A stretch of DNA of 64,000 nucleotides from Octopus sinensis (GCF_006345805.1 NC_043011.1:12028001-12092000), one strand, 5' to 3'; shown: positions 23,765 through 37,486, counted from the first letter of the stretch. Numbers and translations: made by a program. Notes: generated by a model not told the origin, from the sequence alone.

Positions 23765-24534
23765 GTAAGCAGTTGTATGTACGAGTGTGTATCTGTAAAT
23801 GGGTGTGAAAGGACATGGCCTTGATCTTCCTACCTTCTTTGCACGCCATTCTATAACTCTGTTGCTACTCTACTGTTGTAAATAATTAGCATAATGGTGA
23901 AATTTTGTTTTGAGCAAACTTAACACTATATTTTGTAATTTTACCTAAGTCATTGATGAGATTAATTTAATAAAATTTGGTAATTTTTAACAAAAAGTGG
24001 GGTAATTTTCTCAGTTGATTTGACAAAACTCACACGTTTTATAAAGATTAAAATATCAAGTAAAGTATATGTCTGTGTGTATGTTTTATCATTGTGCATC
24101 AGTAAATTATGGCTTCCTCAGATATTTGTCAAAGAGAAATTTGTCCATCATAGTTCAAAAGGCACAAGTATTCTGAAGCTTTTATGGTTTTCAAAGTTTA
24201 AATTGCATCATTTCACTTTTTGTGGAATTCAATTTTATGAAAAGTTTTATTGCTGCTGACAAAGCTGGAGCTGCTAAAATCTAACTGCTATCTGTTTACA
24301 TCACAAAGGATAAGTTGATACTGCTTCAGGGCTTTGCAATCATAATCAGTGAGACTTCTGGGGTATAATTCCACTCCACTATGAAAGAGGTTACAAGAGT
24401 TTCAAGGTCTTTGTCATTTTACTGCAACAGAGATTTTTAAAAACAAATCTTTAAATAGCAGAAAAATAGGGTCTGAGCGAGGGGTACAAGAAGAAATGTC
24501 CATTGTTGTTGGGGTATTTTTATGAAAGGGCATC

Positions 24535-24697
24535 CTGGCGTTAGGAAGGGCATCAAGCTGTAGAAACTCTGCCAAATCAAGATTGGAGCCTGGTGCAGCC
24601 ATCTGGCTCGCCAGCCCTCAGTCAAAATCGTCCAACCCATGCTAGCATGGAAAGCGGACATTAAACGATGATGATGATGACGATGATGATGATGATG
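24535..24697 (+). mobile_element. RTE LINE 3' UTR fragment with (GAT)n tail
   Basis: Homology to 54400-54541. Confidence 0.85.
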
Positions 24698-25225
24698 AGT
24701 TAATATTCTGTTAGAAGTAGATTTGGTTGGAAGAGACGAATTATTCAGCAATATAGTTGTGAGGGTATCTTTCTTTCATAATTTCTCTCAGTTACCTATA
24801 AATGCTTCACCTGGAGATGTGTAAACCAATGTTTTATATGTTTTAGAGAACAGTTCTGTAAAATTTTGTTTGAATTTACTAAAGCTTTTGTTTTCATGGG
24901 AGAATGTCACTTGCTTTTAAAATTTTCTGATTTGTTAAATTTTTATTACGATTTAATATTTTATTAATAATTAATTTCAACTTTCCACACTCTGTTTACG
25001 TTATTTTCACTTTACCCTTGTTAGAAGTCTTGTAAGGTTATTGTTAGTTTCCATATAATTGTATATTTATTTAAGGCTAGTGATACTCCTGGTAAGTGTT
25101 TCGTCATCAACACCTTTTTTTCCCCCCTTTGAAATTTGATGTAGAAAAGAAAATATTGAAGTTACAAGAGCTTGAACCTTGTCGGACAGATTACATTATT
25201 TAAGATCTATTTGTTTTTAATTCAG

Positions 25226-25309
25226 AAACCAGTTCAAAGTAGAAATGAATTAACAGAAGATGAAGAGAAAGAAAGGCGGCGAGCTGAGAAAAGAAGAGCT
25301 AAGAAAAAA
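25226..25309 (+). CDS. TTC31: Exon 3: KPVQSRNELTEDEEKERRRAEKRRAKKK
   Basis: TTCAG acceptor, GTAAGT donor, phase 0-0; resembles TTC31 EEE..K.KAEKKR.KKK segment. Confidence 0.9.
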
Positions 25310-26361
25310 GTAAGTACTTTTGGAGACTTCAGTCTTTATATTGAAGCATGAGAATCTTTTCATAGTTCACAAATTCTGACAACACTGAATGATTTATATT
25401 TATATATTTATGTTGTTAGATCATAAAGCAAGGGAAGTATTCTTAGATTTCTGAATTCATGTTTAGCTGGGGAGGTTGGCATAATATACAGTTAATGTTT
25501 AATTAGAATATGGCTTGAGGGGACAGACAGTTTCATAAAAGATTCAAAAGGAATGCTGCAGTTGAATGAAGAAACATTTGGCTGATGTGAATTGAGATAA
25601 TTGAAACTTGATTGACTGTTCCAGTAATTCCAGAAGAAATCCTTTGTATGCTTCGTTGGGCATGCCTATGATTATGATACTTCTTTTCAGGAAGTCCAAG
25701 GAATCCCAACCTTATTTAATGAAATACTTGTCAATTATACAGTTTCCCTTCTGTGTATAGCAACAGTAAGATAAGATTGAAGATAAGATACCGTTCTTTA
25801 GAAACATACAGAAACTTAACCAGATTGCTGTGTTTAGCTTGTGTTCTGCAGACCAGAACCTTATCCATATGCATAACTGTGTCCACCAAATTGTTTCTCA
25901 TATGATTCATTCTTCAAAGGATACAGGTAAACAAGGAAGATCAGGTGTAGTTATGCTCTTGAAAGTAGAAATCATTGTCTGAAAGTGTTCATTGTTAGCT
26001 CATTGTCATCACCACTGCCATTAGCATCATTATTTAACATCCCAGCAGTCTTCAAATTCAAAGTAATGTTTACCAACAGTGGTTGTTAAACATAACTTAG
26101 CCATCACTGATCTACAGTGATGGCCTCAAAATTGCAGTCCTTGCTATAAAGTTTGGGAAATTGGAAGGGATTCATTGATTGATTTTTATGATGCATGGCA
26201 TCATAAAAATGTGCTCCGAAAGATGAAGCACATAAATTTCATTAAGCAGCTTGACATGCTGTATTTCAAGTATATGAATTGCAATATCACAGTCAGTGGC
26301 ATTAGTGATGTAGTTATAGCTTGCAGAGAGAGATATCTGAGTGTCAAGCTTCTCAGGTGAA

Positions 26362-26777
26362 GGGTCTTTTCGGTTTGAACGGCAGATTTTAACATAATTT
26401 CTAGGTAACTAAAAAATTTTTAACTTTGTATACTGGTAGAATGTGTTTATAAAACATCTTTTTCTCTTGGCTTTATTGAGAAAATTCTATAGTTTGTAAG
26501 ATATTTGTTGTATTTTTCTTCAATTTCTGCAATTTCAACCAATCAGTGACATCCATTGAGGTAAAAAAAAAACATTCTGTGCCGTATGAATATGTCACTC
26601 ATTTAAGAAACAGATTGGGTTTATTTACAATTGTGAAGAAAAAAGATACCCTAACCCTAACCAACCCTAATCCTAAAATAGATTGAAATGCAATAGATCA
26701 ATACTAGGATCATAATTATGGGTGACAATTTCATATGACACCGCTAGAAAAAACTGCCGTTCAAACCGAAAAGATCC
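26362..26777 (-). mobile_element. Merlin-like MITE copy
   Basis: TIRs; TSD CAGGTGAA. Confidence 0.92.
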
Positions 26778-26985
26778 CAGGTGAATAAGGTTCAACAACC
26801 TGAGAAATGTCTTGAACATGTAGTATCAGTGCTACCAGTCTTTTGCTGATAGCAAAAGAAGCTGGGTTGGCATTGAATTTTTCAGGGTTGAGAAATTTTC
26901 TGATTTTTGTTTTCTTTCTGTTGCTGAATAAAATATTAAGTGAATAACTAGGAAATAGCTTTATTCAGAAAGAATTGTCTAGAAT

Positions 26986-27385
26986 AGGCGTAGGAGTGGC
27001 TGTGTGGTAAGTAGTTTGCTTACGAACCACATGGTTCCAAGTTCAGTCCCTCTACGTGGCACCTTGGGCAAGTGTCTTCTACTATAGCCTTGGGCCGACC
27101 AAAGCCTTGTGAGTGGATTTGGTAGGCGGAAACTGAAAGAAGCCCGTCATATATATGTATGTGTGTGTGTGTATGTTTGTGTGTCTGTGTTTGTCCCCCC
27201 AACATCGCTTGACAACCGATGCTGGTGTGTTTATGTCCCCGTAACTTAGCGGTTCAGCAAAAGAGACCGATAGAATAAGTACTAGGCTTACAAAGAATAA
27301 GTCCTGGGGTCGATTTGCTCGACTAAAGGTGGTGCTCCAGCATGGCCACAGTCATGTGACTGAAACAAGTAAAAGAGTAAAGAGT
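26986..27385 (+). mobile_element. SINE family A copy
   Basis: Full head to tail. Confidence 0.9.
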
Positions 27386-27817
27386 AATAGAGAGAAAGAT
27401 AAAGTACAGATACATGTAACGTAACGAAAATTTTAAACAATCAACAAAGATGTTATATTTGTTTTTGTATAATTTTATAACTATGCGTGTGCGTAGTATA
27501 GTGGTATAGGAATTACTTAATACTATTATTGTATTCTTACATTCAACTTGACACAATTTATTTCAAATAGTTATGAGCATTATGTTGTGTAGCTTTATGT
27601 CAAACCTACGATCAGAGTTATTCCAGTAATAACCTTCTTGTCTTATTTAAGGCATGTTTTATCAAAGATGGCCTTATCCAGATATTATGATTATCGGTGA
27701 GAGATGTGGTGTAGCAGACAGTGAGGCTAAATACACTGTAATACAGGGTATTTTATACACTTATTGTCTACTTTTCATTCTTCCAGGGATAATAAAATAA
27801 ATACCAGCCAAGTATAT

Positions 27818-28230
27818 AGGCGCAGGAGTGGCTGTGTGGTAAGTAGCTTGTTTACCAACCACATGGTTCCGGGTTCAGTCCCACTGCGTGGGACCTTGGG
27901 AAAGTGTCTTTTACTATAGCCTCGGGCCGACCAAAGCCTTGTGAGTGGATTTGGTAGACGGAAACTGAAAGAAGCCCGTCGTATATATATATGTATATGT
28001 GCATGTATGTTTGTGTGTCTGTGTTTGTTCCCCCAACATCGCTTGACAACCGATGCTGGTGAGTTTACGTCTCCGTCACTTAGCGGTTCGGCAAAGGAGA
28101 CCGATAGAATAAGTACTGGGCTTACAAAAGGATAAGTCCCGGGATCGAGTTGCTTGATTAAAGGTGGTGCTCCAGCATGGCTGCAGTTAAATGACTGAAA
28201 CAAGTAAAAAAAAAAAAAAAAAAAAAAAAA
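27818..28230 (+). mobile_element. SINE family A copy, full length, A-rich tail
   Basis: tRNA-like head (TGGCTGTGTGG, GGGTTCAGTCCC), internal (TG)n tract, stem-loop tail. Confidence 0.9.
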
Positions 28231-28509
28231 AGTACAGGAAATAATTGTCTCTATCTGTACCCGAGACTCTGTAGCCTGTTTAAGAGCATGAAGGATACAA
28301 TCATTTCAGTTGGACAAAATGCCAACTGCAATAATTGTCTTTTTACACTCTGAATTGAAATGCAACCAAGGCCAACTTAGCTTTTTATCCTTCCACAATA
28401 ATTAAAATAAATGCCATTTTACTACTGAGGTTGATTTAATTAGCTGAACCTTCACCTCACTGATTGTAACTTTGTGCCGATGTAAGAAGTCATCTTTATT
28501 TATGGTTAT

Positions 28510-28760
28510 TGATATATAAATAAAGCTGAGAATGTGTGTCTGTCTGTCTTTCTGTGTGCATCACTAAACCTTAAGAACTACCCAACAGATTTCATTCAAA
28601 TTTTACACATGCCCTACTTAGGTGCCATGCAGTGTCATGAGCCTAAAAAATTTTCAACTTCTTGCCTAATGTGAGCCCAGAGTAATCTCTTACCTCTTAC
28701 ACTGTTCCTGTATTACGTTCCAAAAGTGAAATAATAACATCTCTATTAATACTTTATATG
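28510..28760 (+). mobile_element. Possible old Helitron-like MITE remnant
   Basis: TATAAATAAAGCTGAGAATGTGTGTCTGTCTG start resembles non-autonomous Helitron 5' ends; ends not resolved. Confidence 0.3.
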
Positions 28761-28829
28761 GTTTCAGTTTCAATTACTTTCATTATGTATCTATATATAT
28801 AACTTTCATTTCTATTTCTGTACATTTGT

Positions 28830-28868
28830 ATATATCTATCTATATATATATATATATATTTATATATT

Positions 28869-28909
<41 letters not shown>

Positions 28910-29014
28910 ATGTATATATGTGTGTATATATATACACACACACACACATATATACATATATATAATTGTGATAAAAGATATATTCTCGTATATTCATCTT
29001 CTGTGTTTCATTTG

Positions 29015-29071
<57 letters not shown>

Positions 29072-29310
29072 GTGTACGTATGTATGTATGTATGTATATA
29101 TGCATATGTATATGTATGTATATATATGTAAATATGTATGTATATATGCATATGTATATGTATGTATATATATGTAAATATGTATGTATGTATATATGCA
29201 TATGTATATGTATGTATATATATGTAAATATGTATGTGTGTATATATGCATATGTATATATGTGTGTGTATATATAGATGTATATATATATATATACGTG
29301 TGTGTGTATA
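28830..29310. repeat. (TA)n/(TATG)n microsatellite region
   Basis: Direct inspection. Confidence 0.9.
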
Positions 29311-29357
29311 TATCAGTGGATTTGGATGGAAACTGAATGAATATGTACTATTTATAT

Positions 29358-29555
29358 CATCATCATCATTTAGTGTCCGCTTTCCATGCTAGCATGGGTT
29401 GGACGGTTCAACTGGGGTCTGGGAGGCCAGAAGGCTGCACCAGGCCCAGTTTGATCTGGCAATGTTTCTACGGCTGGATGCCCTTCCTAACGCCAACCAC
29501 TCCGTGAGTGTAGTGGGTGCTTTTTATGTGCCAGACGGGGCTGGCAAACGGCCAT
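29358..29555 (-). mobile_element. RTE LINE 3' UTR fragment
   Basis: (CAT)n then GGATGCCCTTCCTAACGCCAACC core. Confidence 0.85.
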
Positions 29556-30344
29556 ACTTTAAACATACATGTATACTTGTAACATGTGTACATCCACATG
29601 ATCACAAAATCATGGTTTCAATTCACGGACCAGGCAGTGTGTTATGTTCTTGAGCAAAAGATTTCATCTCGTCATTCTACAATCACTTCGATATCGGATA
29701 TGTGGCCGCCCATGCGTCTGTACAAGACAAGCAATGTCAGTTAGGAGAGATAGAGATAGCTCAAGTACCGCACGAGATAAACAAATAATCTGGGCAGATT
29801 GTTCAGCAAGAGATTGCAGAACTATGTTTTTCAGACTCAGGAAGCTACTGAGAGCAATATCTTCATGTACAGACATACTTGCATATCACATAGTGACAAT
29901 GAACTGATGGACTTCTAGATTCCCCATGTCTGAATTCCCCCATTATGATCTACTTAAAACAGCAAAATATATGTGTGTGTATTTGTGTCTATTTAGTTTT
30001 CCCCACCATTGCTTAGAAACCGATGTTGGTGTGTTTACATCCCCATAACTTACTGGTTTTGGCAGAAGAAATTGATAGAATAAGCACCAGGCTTACAAAG
30101 AATAAGTCCAGGGATTGATTTCTTCAAAAGGCGGTGCTCCAGCATGGCCACATTCAAATGACTGAAGCAAGCAATAGAGTAAAAGAGTAATATATATATA
30201 TATGTGTGCGTATGTGTGTGTGTGTATATATATTTGTATATATATGTATATCCTTAAATCCTTAAAAATGTTTCAGCCCGAAGGCTGCGGCCATGCTGGG
30301 ACACCACCATTGAATGAGCTACACTAGTATGTGAAACCACCTCT

Positions 30345-31345
30345 GATATGTTCTTTCCGGATCCATCTCTTCTTTTTTATATCCCTCTCATCCTCACAGT
30401 TACACCACAATGTCACCCTTGGTCTGTAGATTTCCTTCTAAGAACTTCCAGTTGTACATATGACCCCATGTCATATGTTTCTATTTCTTCCTCCTTCTCA
30501 ACAAAGGCTTCATTAAGAACATCTCTAAAACTTTGCCTATTTGAAAAGATTCTTGAGCTTCCTTAGCCTCTTTTCCCATCCTGGTTTGTAATTCTGGATC
30601 CTTCTAGCCCTAAGTCTGAAGTTGCTAACCTATGATGAGTTGTACATTCTTCACCTGGGAGAAGATTTTGCATTCACGAGCATTTTCCCTGTTTCTGGTG
30701 AGGATGTAGTTATTTGGCTGGTGTACCCACCAGACTGATAAGTGATCAGATGACTGGCAGGTTTCCTGAAGTTGGTGTTGCAGACCAGTAATCCATGTGT
30801 ATCACAAAACTCCAGTAGCCTTGTTCCTTCCTCATTTCTAGGCCCAAAGCTGTAGCCTTCATGCGCACTCTGTAATCCATCGGTGTCTTTTCTAACATGG
30901 CCATTAAAGTCTCTGGCATGATGAGAATGTCATTGTCTTACATCATTGAGGTAGCCCACAGTAGGGATTCAAAGAAACGGTCCTTCTGAATATCTGCGAG
31001 TCTGACATGTGGAGCATATGCAGAGATAAATGACACTGTTACATTAAACAAGGCTATTCTTAATGTAATAACCCTATGACATACTCTGACTACTTCATTC
31101 ACCTTATCCACCCATTTCTCTGCCAGAAAAATACCTACGCCACCTAGACCATCATTGCTACCCACTTAGGTAAATTTGTATTTATGTATCTTACCCAAGG
31201 TCTAGCTGAGGCCCACCTCCATCATGCCTCTCCTACACAGCACACATCTACACACCTCTGTTCAAGCATTTCAACAATCTCTCCAGACCTACCTTGCATT
31301 GTTCCAATGTTGATTGTGGCAACCCTGAGCTTGTAGACCTGTGAA
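30345..31345 (-). mobile_element. RTE-clade LINE 5' part (AP endonuclease), decayed
   Basis: LRVATINIGTMQGRS, GVGIFLAEKW, ISAYAPHV, RNEEGTRLLEFC, CNTNFRKP. Confidence 0.85.
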
Positions 31346-31920
31346 GGCGGGAATGAGCTTTTGGGGACGTTTTTATCCTCTAGAAAGGAAAACATCTTTG
31401 GGGTTGCTTACCTTGAGGCAGTGGGTCCTTGTGATTAGTGTAAGGAGATACAGGTAGAAGCTGCAGCATGAATTATGATTGCAGTTTCAATTCTCTTCAG
31501 TCCTGTAAAGCCTTCACAGGTATGCACATAGATCATATAAAATAAACATACATATAATTATGTGCTCAAATATATGTCCATAGTTCTATGCATATGTTCA
31601 AAGGTGTGAAAATATAAACATAAACAAGTAGTAATTTGTGCGTATGTGCTCGACTCTCTTTCACAAAAGTGGTGGCGAGGAATGGGTGGGACTGAAAAGG
31701 AGATTCGGTTAAAATCCCATGCCTAGTTGTCCCTCTATAAAGGTTACCGACAGAAGTTGAAATTTTGCCTATCATAAATGACACATCCATTATCCATAGT
31801 CTATAATATCAGAGAGAAAAAGAGAGGATTGTAAATTGAATTGTAAATTGATTGTAAATTGACAGAGAAACAAAAACAAAAGAAAACAACAGTATATACT
31901 TCAATGTTTTTCTGTTTTAG

Positions 31921-31971
31921 AGACAAAGAGAAAAGAAAAAATTAGAAAAACTGGAAAAACATCCAAAAGAG
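31921..31971 (+). CDS. TTC31: Exon 4: RQREKKKLEKLEKHPKE
   Basis: TTTTAG acceptor, G|GTAAAA donor, phase 0-0; continues KKK-RQRE as in TTC31 KKKRQKERK. Confidence 0.9.
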
Positions 31972-32453
31972 GTAAAAGTTTTTATGATTTTATTTTTTAT
32001 TTTGTCCCAACCTTTTTTTTGTTGAAAATTTTTACCTAAAACATCATTATTATCTTCATTATCATCTAACATGCTGGCATGAGTTGGATGGTTTGACAGG
32101 ATCTGATGAGCATCAAAGCTACATCAGGCCCCAATGTCAGGTTTGGTATGTTTTCTACAGCTGGGTGCCTTTCCTAACATCAACCACTTTACAGTATATG
32201 TACTGGGTACTTTTCTCGTGAACTGGGGACGTGTGAAGTTTCCATACAGACATACATTCATGCTTGTTTGTCATCACATGTGTATATGTATGTGTAGATG
32301 TGTATTTAAGAAAATCTATTTCCCATGTATCGTTAATGTTTATTGTTCCTACACATCTTCCATATACAAAGATTTCCTGTCTCTGTTAATCTTCCTGTGA
32401 TTCCACTGCACTTCCTGTGTACACTGGACGGAATTCTGGCCTAAACCTTTCTT

Positions 32454-32518
<65 letters not shown>

Positions 32519-33476
32519 CATTTACCTGACAAGAAGAGAGTCCTGTCTGTTTTCTAGCTTATTACAACTTTGATGTAAAGTAAGCAGTTGTGTAGGCCAA
32601 ATTGATAAACATGTCAAATTTGGTAGTATTTGTAAAAAGTTTACTTGTTCCTTAGGTTTAGTTGTTAATGTGTTTTTAAGGTCTGTTGTTCCATGGTGAC
32701 AGAGATGAGTAGTTTTAAAACATTTTTAACAGTCTTATAATAATTCTGAATGTCATTGCATTACTTAGCCCATCGGTAATGCTTTCGCATGATTAGAGAA
32801 AAAGAGAGAGAGAAGCATCCATGATGTGAGGTTGAGGGAATGTAATTGTAACACTTTCATGTGATTAGTTGAAGGGAAAGAGAGGAGAAAGAAAAAGGGG
32901 AAAGAAAAAGAGGATAAAGCAAAGAGTGAGACAGAGGAAGAGAGAAGTGTCCATGATGTGAGGTAGGGGGAGTGTAATATTTATTAAGTGGTTAAAAAAG
33001 TTAGTTGAGGGTAGAGGAGGAGAGTTAAAAATATAATTTTAGCAGAGGGGTGATGTTCTGATAGTGAGGTTAAAGGCAGGCAGAGAGAAGGAGAGAGAGT
33101 GGTGGTGGTTGTTGTTGTTGTTGTTGTTGTTGCTGTTGCTGTTGTTGCTGTTGTTGTAGGAAGAGGAGGAGGAGAGTGAAAAGTGTATTTTTTTAAAAAC
33201 TGAACTCATTTTTAAAAATCACCTATCACTTAACGTATGCGCATAAGTGCAATTCTGTGAAATATTCACACTTATTTATGTGGCAGATATATGCAGTTTA
33301 ACTAAATGTGTCATGTACAGGATATTTTTTTTTTATTGTTTATGGGGAAAATGGAAAAATAAAAGTAAATATTTATTTTCTGAGTGCTGTGTATTAAGTC
33401 TATAAAACTGTGCATAAAAGATACAAAGTGCATTAAATAATCATTGTATTCCAATTTCTTTCACTTTTCAGTGAGT

Positions 33477-33657
33477 AAAAAGCAAGGCCATGTAGGGGGA
33501 CATGGAGTTATGTACAGGGAGGATGTTCATGCAAAGAGTTCAGGCCATTTCTGGTCAAGAGAGACTTTGAACTGAGCGGTCGTCGACATCTTCATTATCT
33601 CGTCCGGCAGCTTATTCCACGGATCTGCAACCCGGACGGAGAAAGCCCCTCCCCTTC
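33477..33657 (-). mobile_element. CR1 LINE 3' fragment
   Basis: AFSVRVADPWNKLPDEI..FKVSLDQKW; same family as 40750-41180. Confidence 0.85.
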
Positions 33658-33995
33658 GAGTAGCAGATGAGCAACTATCTTTCTATACAGACACAACATA
33701 GGCTACACTTTCAGGTTTTTTGGATAAAGTTTTCAGAAATAACTCAATAGGTTTACCATTAATTCCATGAAATATTCATGGGTCCCACTAGTAAAAGAAT
33801 GATTTTACCTGTTGGCCTCAACTTTTGTTATGCTTCATTTTATATTTCAATCAAGATGTTCTCTATTACATTTGTGGTGCTTTTGCTCAACTGTCTTCAT
33901 TACATTTCATATTCTTGTCTATATTCCATGTGTTGTTCTGTTTCCTTCATACTTGTCTCTAATGCTTGTACCCCTATGATCGTGAGAAGGTCTCT

Positions 33996-34191
33996 TTTAC
34001 TCTTTTACTTGTTTCAGTCATTTGACTGCGGCCATGCTGGAGCACCGCCTTTAGTCAAGCAAATCGACCCCGGGACTTATTCTTTGTAAGCCCAATACTT
34101 ATTTTGCTGAACCGCTAAGTGATGGGGACGTAAACACACCAGCATCTGTTGTCAAGCGATGTTGGGGGGACAAACACAGACACACACACAC

Positions 34192-34239
<48 letters not shown>

Positions 34240-34380
34240 CATATATACGACAGGCTTCTTTCAGTTTCCGTCTACCAAATCCACTCACAAGGCATTGGTC
34301 GGCCCGGGGCTATAGCAGAAGACTCTTGCCCAAGATGCCACGCAGTGGGACTGAACCCTGAACCATGTGGTTGGTTAGCC
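33996..34380 (-). mobile_element. SINE family A copy
   Basis: Reverse homology to 27818-28230. Confidence 0.88.
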
Positions 34381-34613
34381 ACTTTCATGCTTTCAACACA
34401 TACACAAACACTGTTAACATTCCTCTCCGTACTCACATATCTTATATTGAAAATTATCATAAGCAAAGGAATGAAATTTACACAAGATGTTCAAAGTATT
34501 TTCATTGCTCACCTCCCTCATTTTAAACAGTGAACTTGCACTCTCTGTTTCTAAGCCTAACCTTTCCTTTTAGAAAATTTATACATGTATTTATTTTATC
34601 TAACTTTGTTTAG

Positions 34614-34693
34614 AATGGAAACACTTCCCAAAATAAGGCTAAAGATTTCAGTGATTCCAGAAAGGAGCAGAAATCAAAGAACAGTAATAAACT
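34614..34693 (+). CDS. TTC31: Exon 5: NGNTSQNKAKDFSDSRKEQKSKNSNK(L)
   Basis: TTTAG acceptor, GTAAGT donor; phase 0-2 fits exon 6. Confidence 0.8.
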
Positions 34694-34936
34694 GTAAGTG
34701 TTACACCTTTAAATCTTATCATAGACTTTTTTGTGGTTTAAATGTCTAGCTTAAAATTCTGAATAATTAAACTATTTTCATTTTTATATGCAAGACATTT
34801 TGCAGTGTGTCTTGAGTTTTAGAAGACCATATTAAGAGGTTTAGTTTGCCAATAATGCATCACAAATATCTTTCGGAAACAAGTTTAACTTTCGTTAGCT
34901 CATTAACTTAAAGGTTACTATATTGAATGCAATGAA

Positions 34937-35167
34937 GGTGGCGAGCTGGCAGAATGGTTAGGATGCCGGGCGGAATGCGCAGCCGTATTTCGTCTGACAT
35001 TACGTTCTGAGTTCAAATTCCGCCGAGGTCGACTTTGCCTTTCATCCTTTCGGGGTTGATAAATTAAGTACCAGTTACACACTGGGGTCGATGTAATCGA
35101 CTTAATACCTATGTCTGTCCTTGTTTGTCCCCTCTGTGTTTAGCCCCTTGTGGGTAGTAAAGAAATA
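34937..35167 (+). mobile_element. SINE family B, full length
   Basis: tRNA-like head; flanking direct repeat TATTGAATGC.ATG (TSD). Confidence 0.9.
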
Positions 35168-35321
35168 TTTATTGAATGCCATGTGCAATACATCAATTTA
35201 TTGAAATTTCTCTCTTAGTCTGGGACAGAAAAGAAAAATCTAACAGTAATTGTTTGATAATCTCAGAGGAAAGGGGAGATAATTTCTAGAAATTAAGAAT
35301 TAATGCACCAAAATTGATTTA

Positions 35322-35519
35322 TGAGAGGGTGCTGAAAAGTTCCTGGTTTTGAGTGTGTTGCAGGCCCAACCTTCTGAGTTCTTTTACAGGGCTTAGAAAA
35401 ACTGAAAGACTGCTGTAAAAAGTGTGAATCTGAGAGGGGAATACGTTGGATAAAATCATAATTAACTGATGCCTCTATTTTCTTTTACTCAAAGTCAGGA
35501 ACTTTCCAGTACCCCCTTG
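35322..35519 (+). mobile_element. mariner-derived MITE
   Basis: Imperfect TIRs GAGGGTGCTGAAAAGTTCCTG / GGGGTACTGGAAAGTTCCTG, TA flanks. Confidence 0.7.
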
Positions 35520-36291
35520 TATATGCTGGTAAGAAACAATTATGGACATGTTTTGGTTTATTTAACATCGTCAGCATCATATTTTCTAATGAAACCTGCC
35601 AAAAAAGACAGTCATGTAAAAATATGTTGTGAGAGTATGGCTAAATTCAAACCATCTTGCTTGAATTTCCACGTAGGAGCCACAACCTACACATTTATCC
35701 ATAAAAAGCATAGTTAACCCCTTCAGAGAACAGAACACTCCTGTTAATGCTTACAACCCAATAAGCTGGCATTTATCAATAGATTATGTAAATTTCCTGC
35801 TAATTTGCAATTTAAAGTTTCTGGAAAGTCTTGCCCAGGTTTGTATAAAGTTGTAATTTGAAGTCCACTTTGTTCTATAAAATGTGCTTTTACCTCTTCT
35901 AGTTGCTTTTATATAATACTCTATAAATACGTGTTTGACAAAGGTTAATTATTAACATTTTAATGTTGACATCTATCCATCCATCTATTTATCTGCTCTA
36001 TTTTCTCTTATTTCTGTAATAATGTGCAACACACACAACATAATAAATTTAATAAGAACATTCTCTACATCTTCCATGTAGTAAATCTTCAAGTTTTGCT
36101 CATAAACACTCTGAAATATTCTTTAGCATTATATAAGTTCACTTCTGTACATATGTGAGATATGAAAAGCTAAAGATAATAAATGTATGAAAATAGATAT
36201 TTGTTTGTATGGCTATTCTTGACCATGAATGCAGCCTCTTCTCTAATTGCTTACTATTAATGATGCAGTAATGAACCTCTACAAATATCTT

Positions 36292-36935
36292 CGGCTTTAT
36301 ATAGCTATGGTAAGACCTCTGTGGCTTTATATAGCTACGGTAAGACCTCACCTGGAATTTACATCACCGGTCTGGAACCCCTATCTTGCCCAAGATATTA
36401 ATCGTCTGGAAGCCGTTCAGCGATGTGCAGCCAAAAGAATACCCTCCATCAAGCATTTGCCATATTCTGAACGCCTTACTTCCCTGGGTATGGACACATT
36501 GAAACTCTGACGTCTGGCAGCTGACTTGGCAGACACCCATAAAATTATTAACCATCTTACAAACAATAACTCTGAGCACCTTTTCAAACTCCACCCGTCT
36601 AACACCTATGGGCATATTTACAAAGTCAGAAAACAGCACGGCTCCCATGACTTTCGGAAACATTTTTTCACGCTGAGAGTTGCTTAAGCATGGAACAGAC
36701 TGCCGGCATCAGTTGTTAGTTGTCGGAGCACTGCATCCTTCAAAACTTCCATGCTTTCTGAGATTCGCCAACACTACACCTGATTTTCTCCCCTCCATAC
36801 ACACGCAAGCATGTATCTGACTCATACATTGTTCGCTTTCCAGACATTTGTACATTACTGCATATACTTTATATGCACTTTCTGACAAGTTGTGGTGCAC
36901 CTGAGCACTGTATACAATAATTTCATTATTATATT
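36292..36935 (+). mobile_element. CR1 LINE 3' fragment (second family)
   Basis: VRPHLEFTSPVWNPY..LEAVQR..YSERLTSLG..HFFTLRV..WNRLP; ATT-rich tail. Confidence 0.9.
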
Positions 36936-37006
36936 ATTTATAAAAAGTCTAACAAGAGAAACATGTATTGGTCTTCATGCTTGTTTTACCATGTAGGCTA
37001 TGTTAA

Positions 37007-37486
37007 ACACTTTAGCATTCAGATTACTCTGTCAAACATAATGCATATTAATCCAAATTGTTTTGAATTAATCATGCATTGTCTTGTAGCTTTCAAGATT
37101 TTGATGGCATGATTGTTTATTTTTAAAATGACATTGTAGTGTGACAGGCTTGATCTTGCCAGTTTCAACATAAAACAGGCAGAATATTTTGGCTGGATAT
37201 CATCATCATCATCATCGTTTAGCGTCCACTTTCCATGCTAGCATGGGTTGGACGGTTCAACTGGGGTCTGGGAAGCCAGGAGGCTGCACCAGGCTCCAGT
37301 CTGATCTGGCAGTGTTTCTACGGCTGGATGCCCTTCCTAACGCCAACCACTCCGTGAGTGTAGTGGGTGCTTTTTACGTGCCACCGACACAGGTGCCAGA
37401 GGAGGCTGGCAAACGGCCACGATTGGTTGGTGCCTTTTGCGTGCCACCGGCACGGAGGCCAGTTGGTTGGTTTAAATGCTTCAGGG
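37007..37486 (+). mobile_element. piggyBac-like MITE interrupted by an RTE fragment
   Basis: TTAA at 37003-37006 and 37487-37490; ends ACACTTTAGCATTC / AAATGCTTCAGGG. Confidence 0.6.
37199..37463 (-). mobile_element. RTE LINE 3' UTR fragment
   Basis: (CAT)n tail and core homology. Confidence 0.88.

Noticed and set aside
26182-26210. 13-bp-arm hairpin ATTTTTATGATGC-ATG-GCATCATAAAAAT
   Set aside because: Short and AT-rich; plausible by chance
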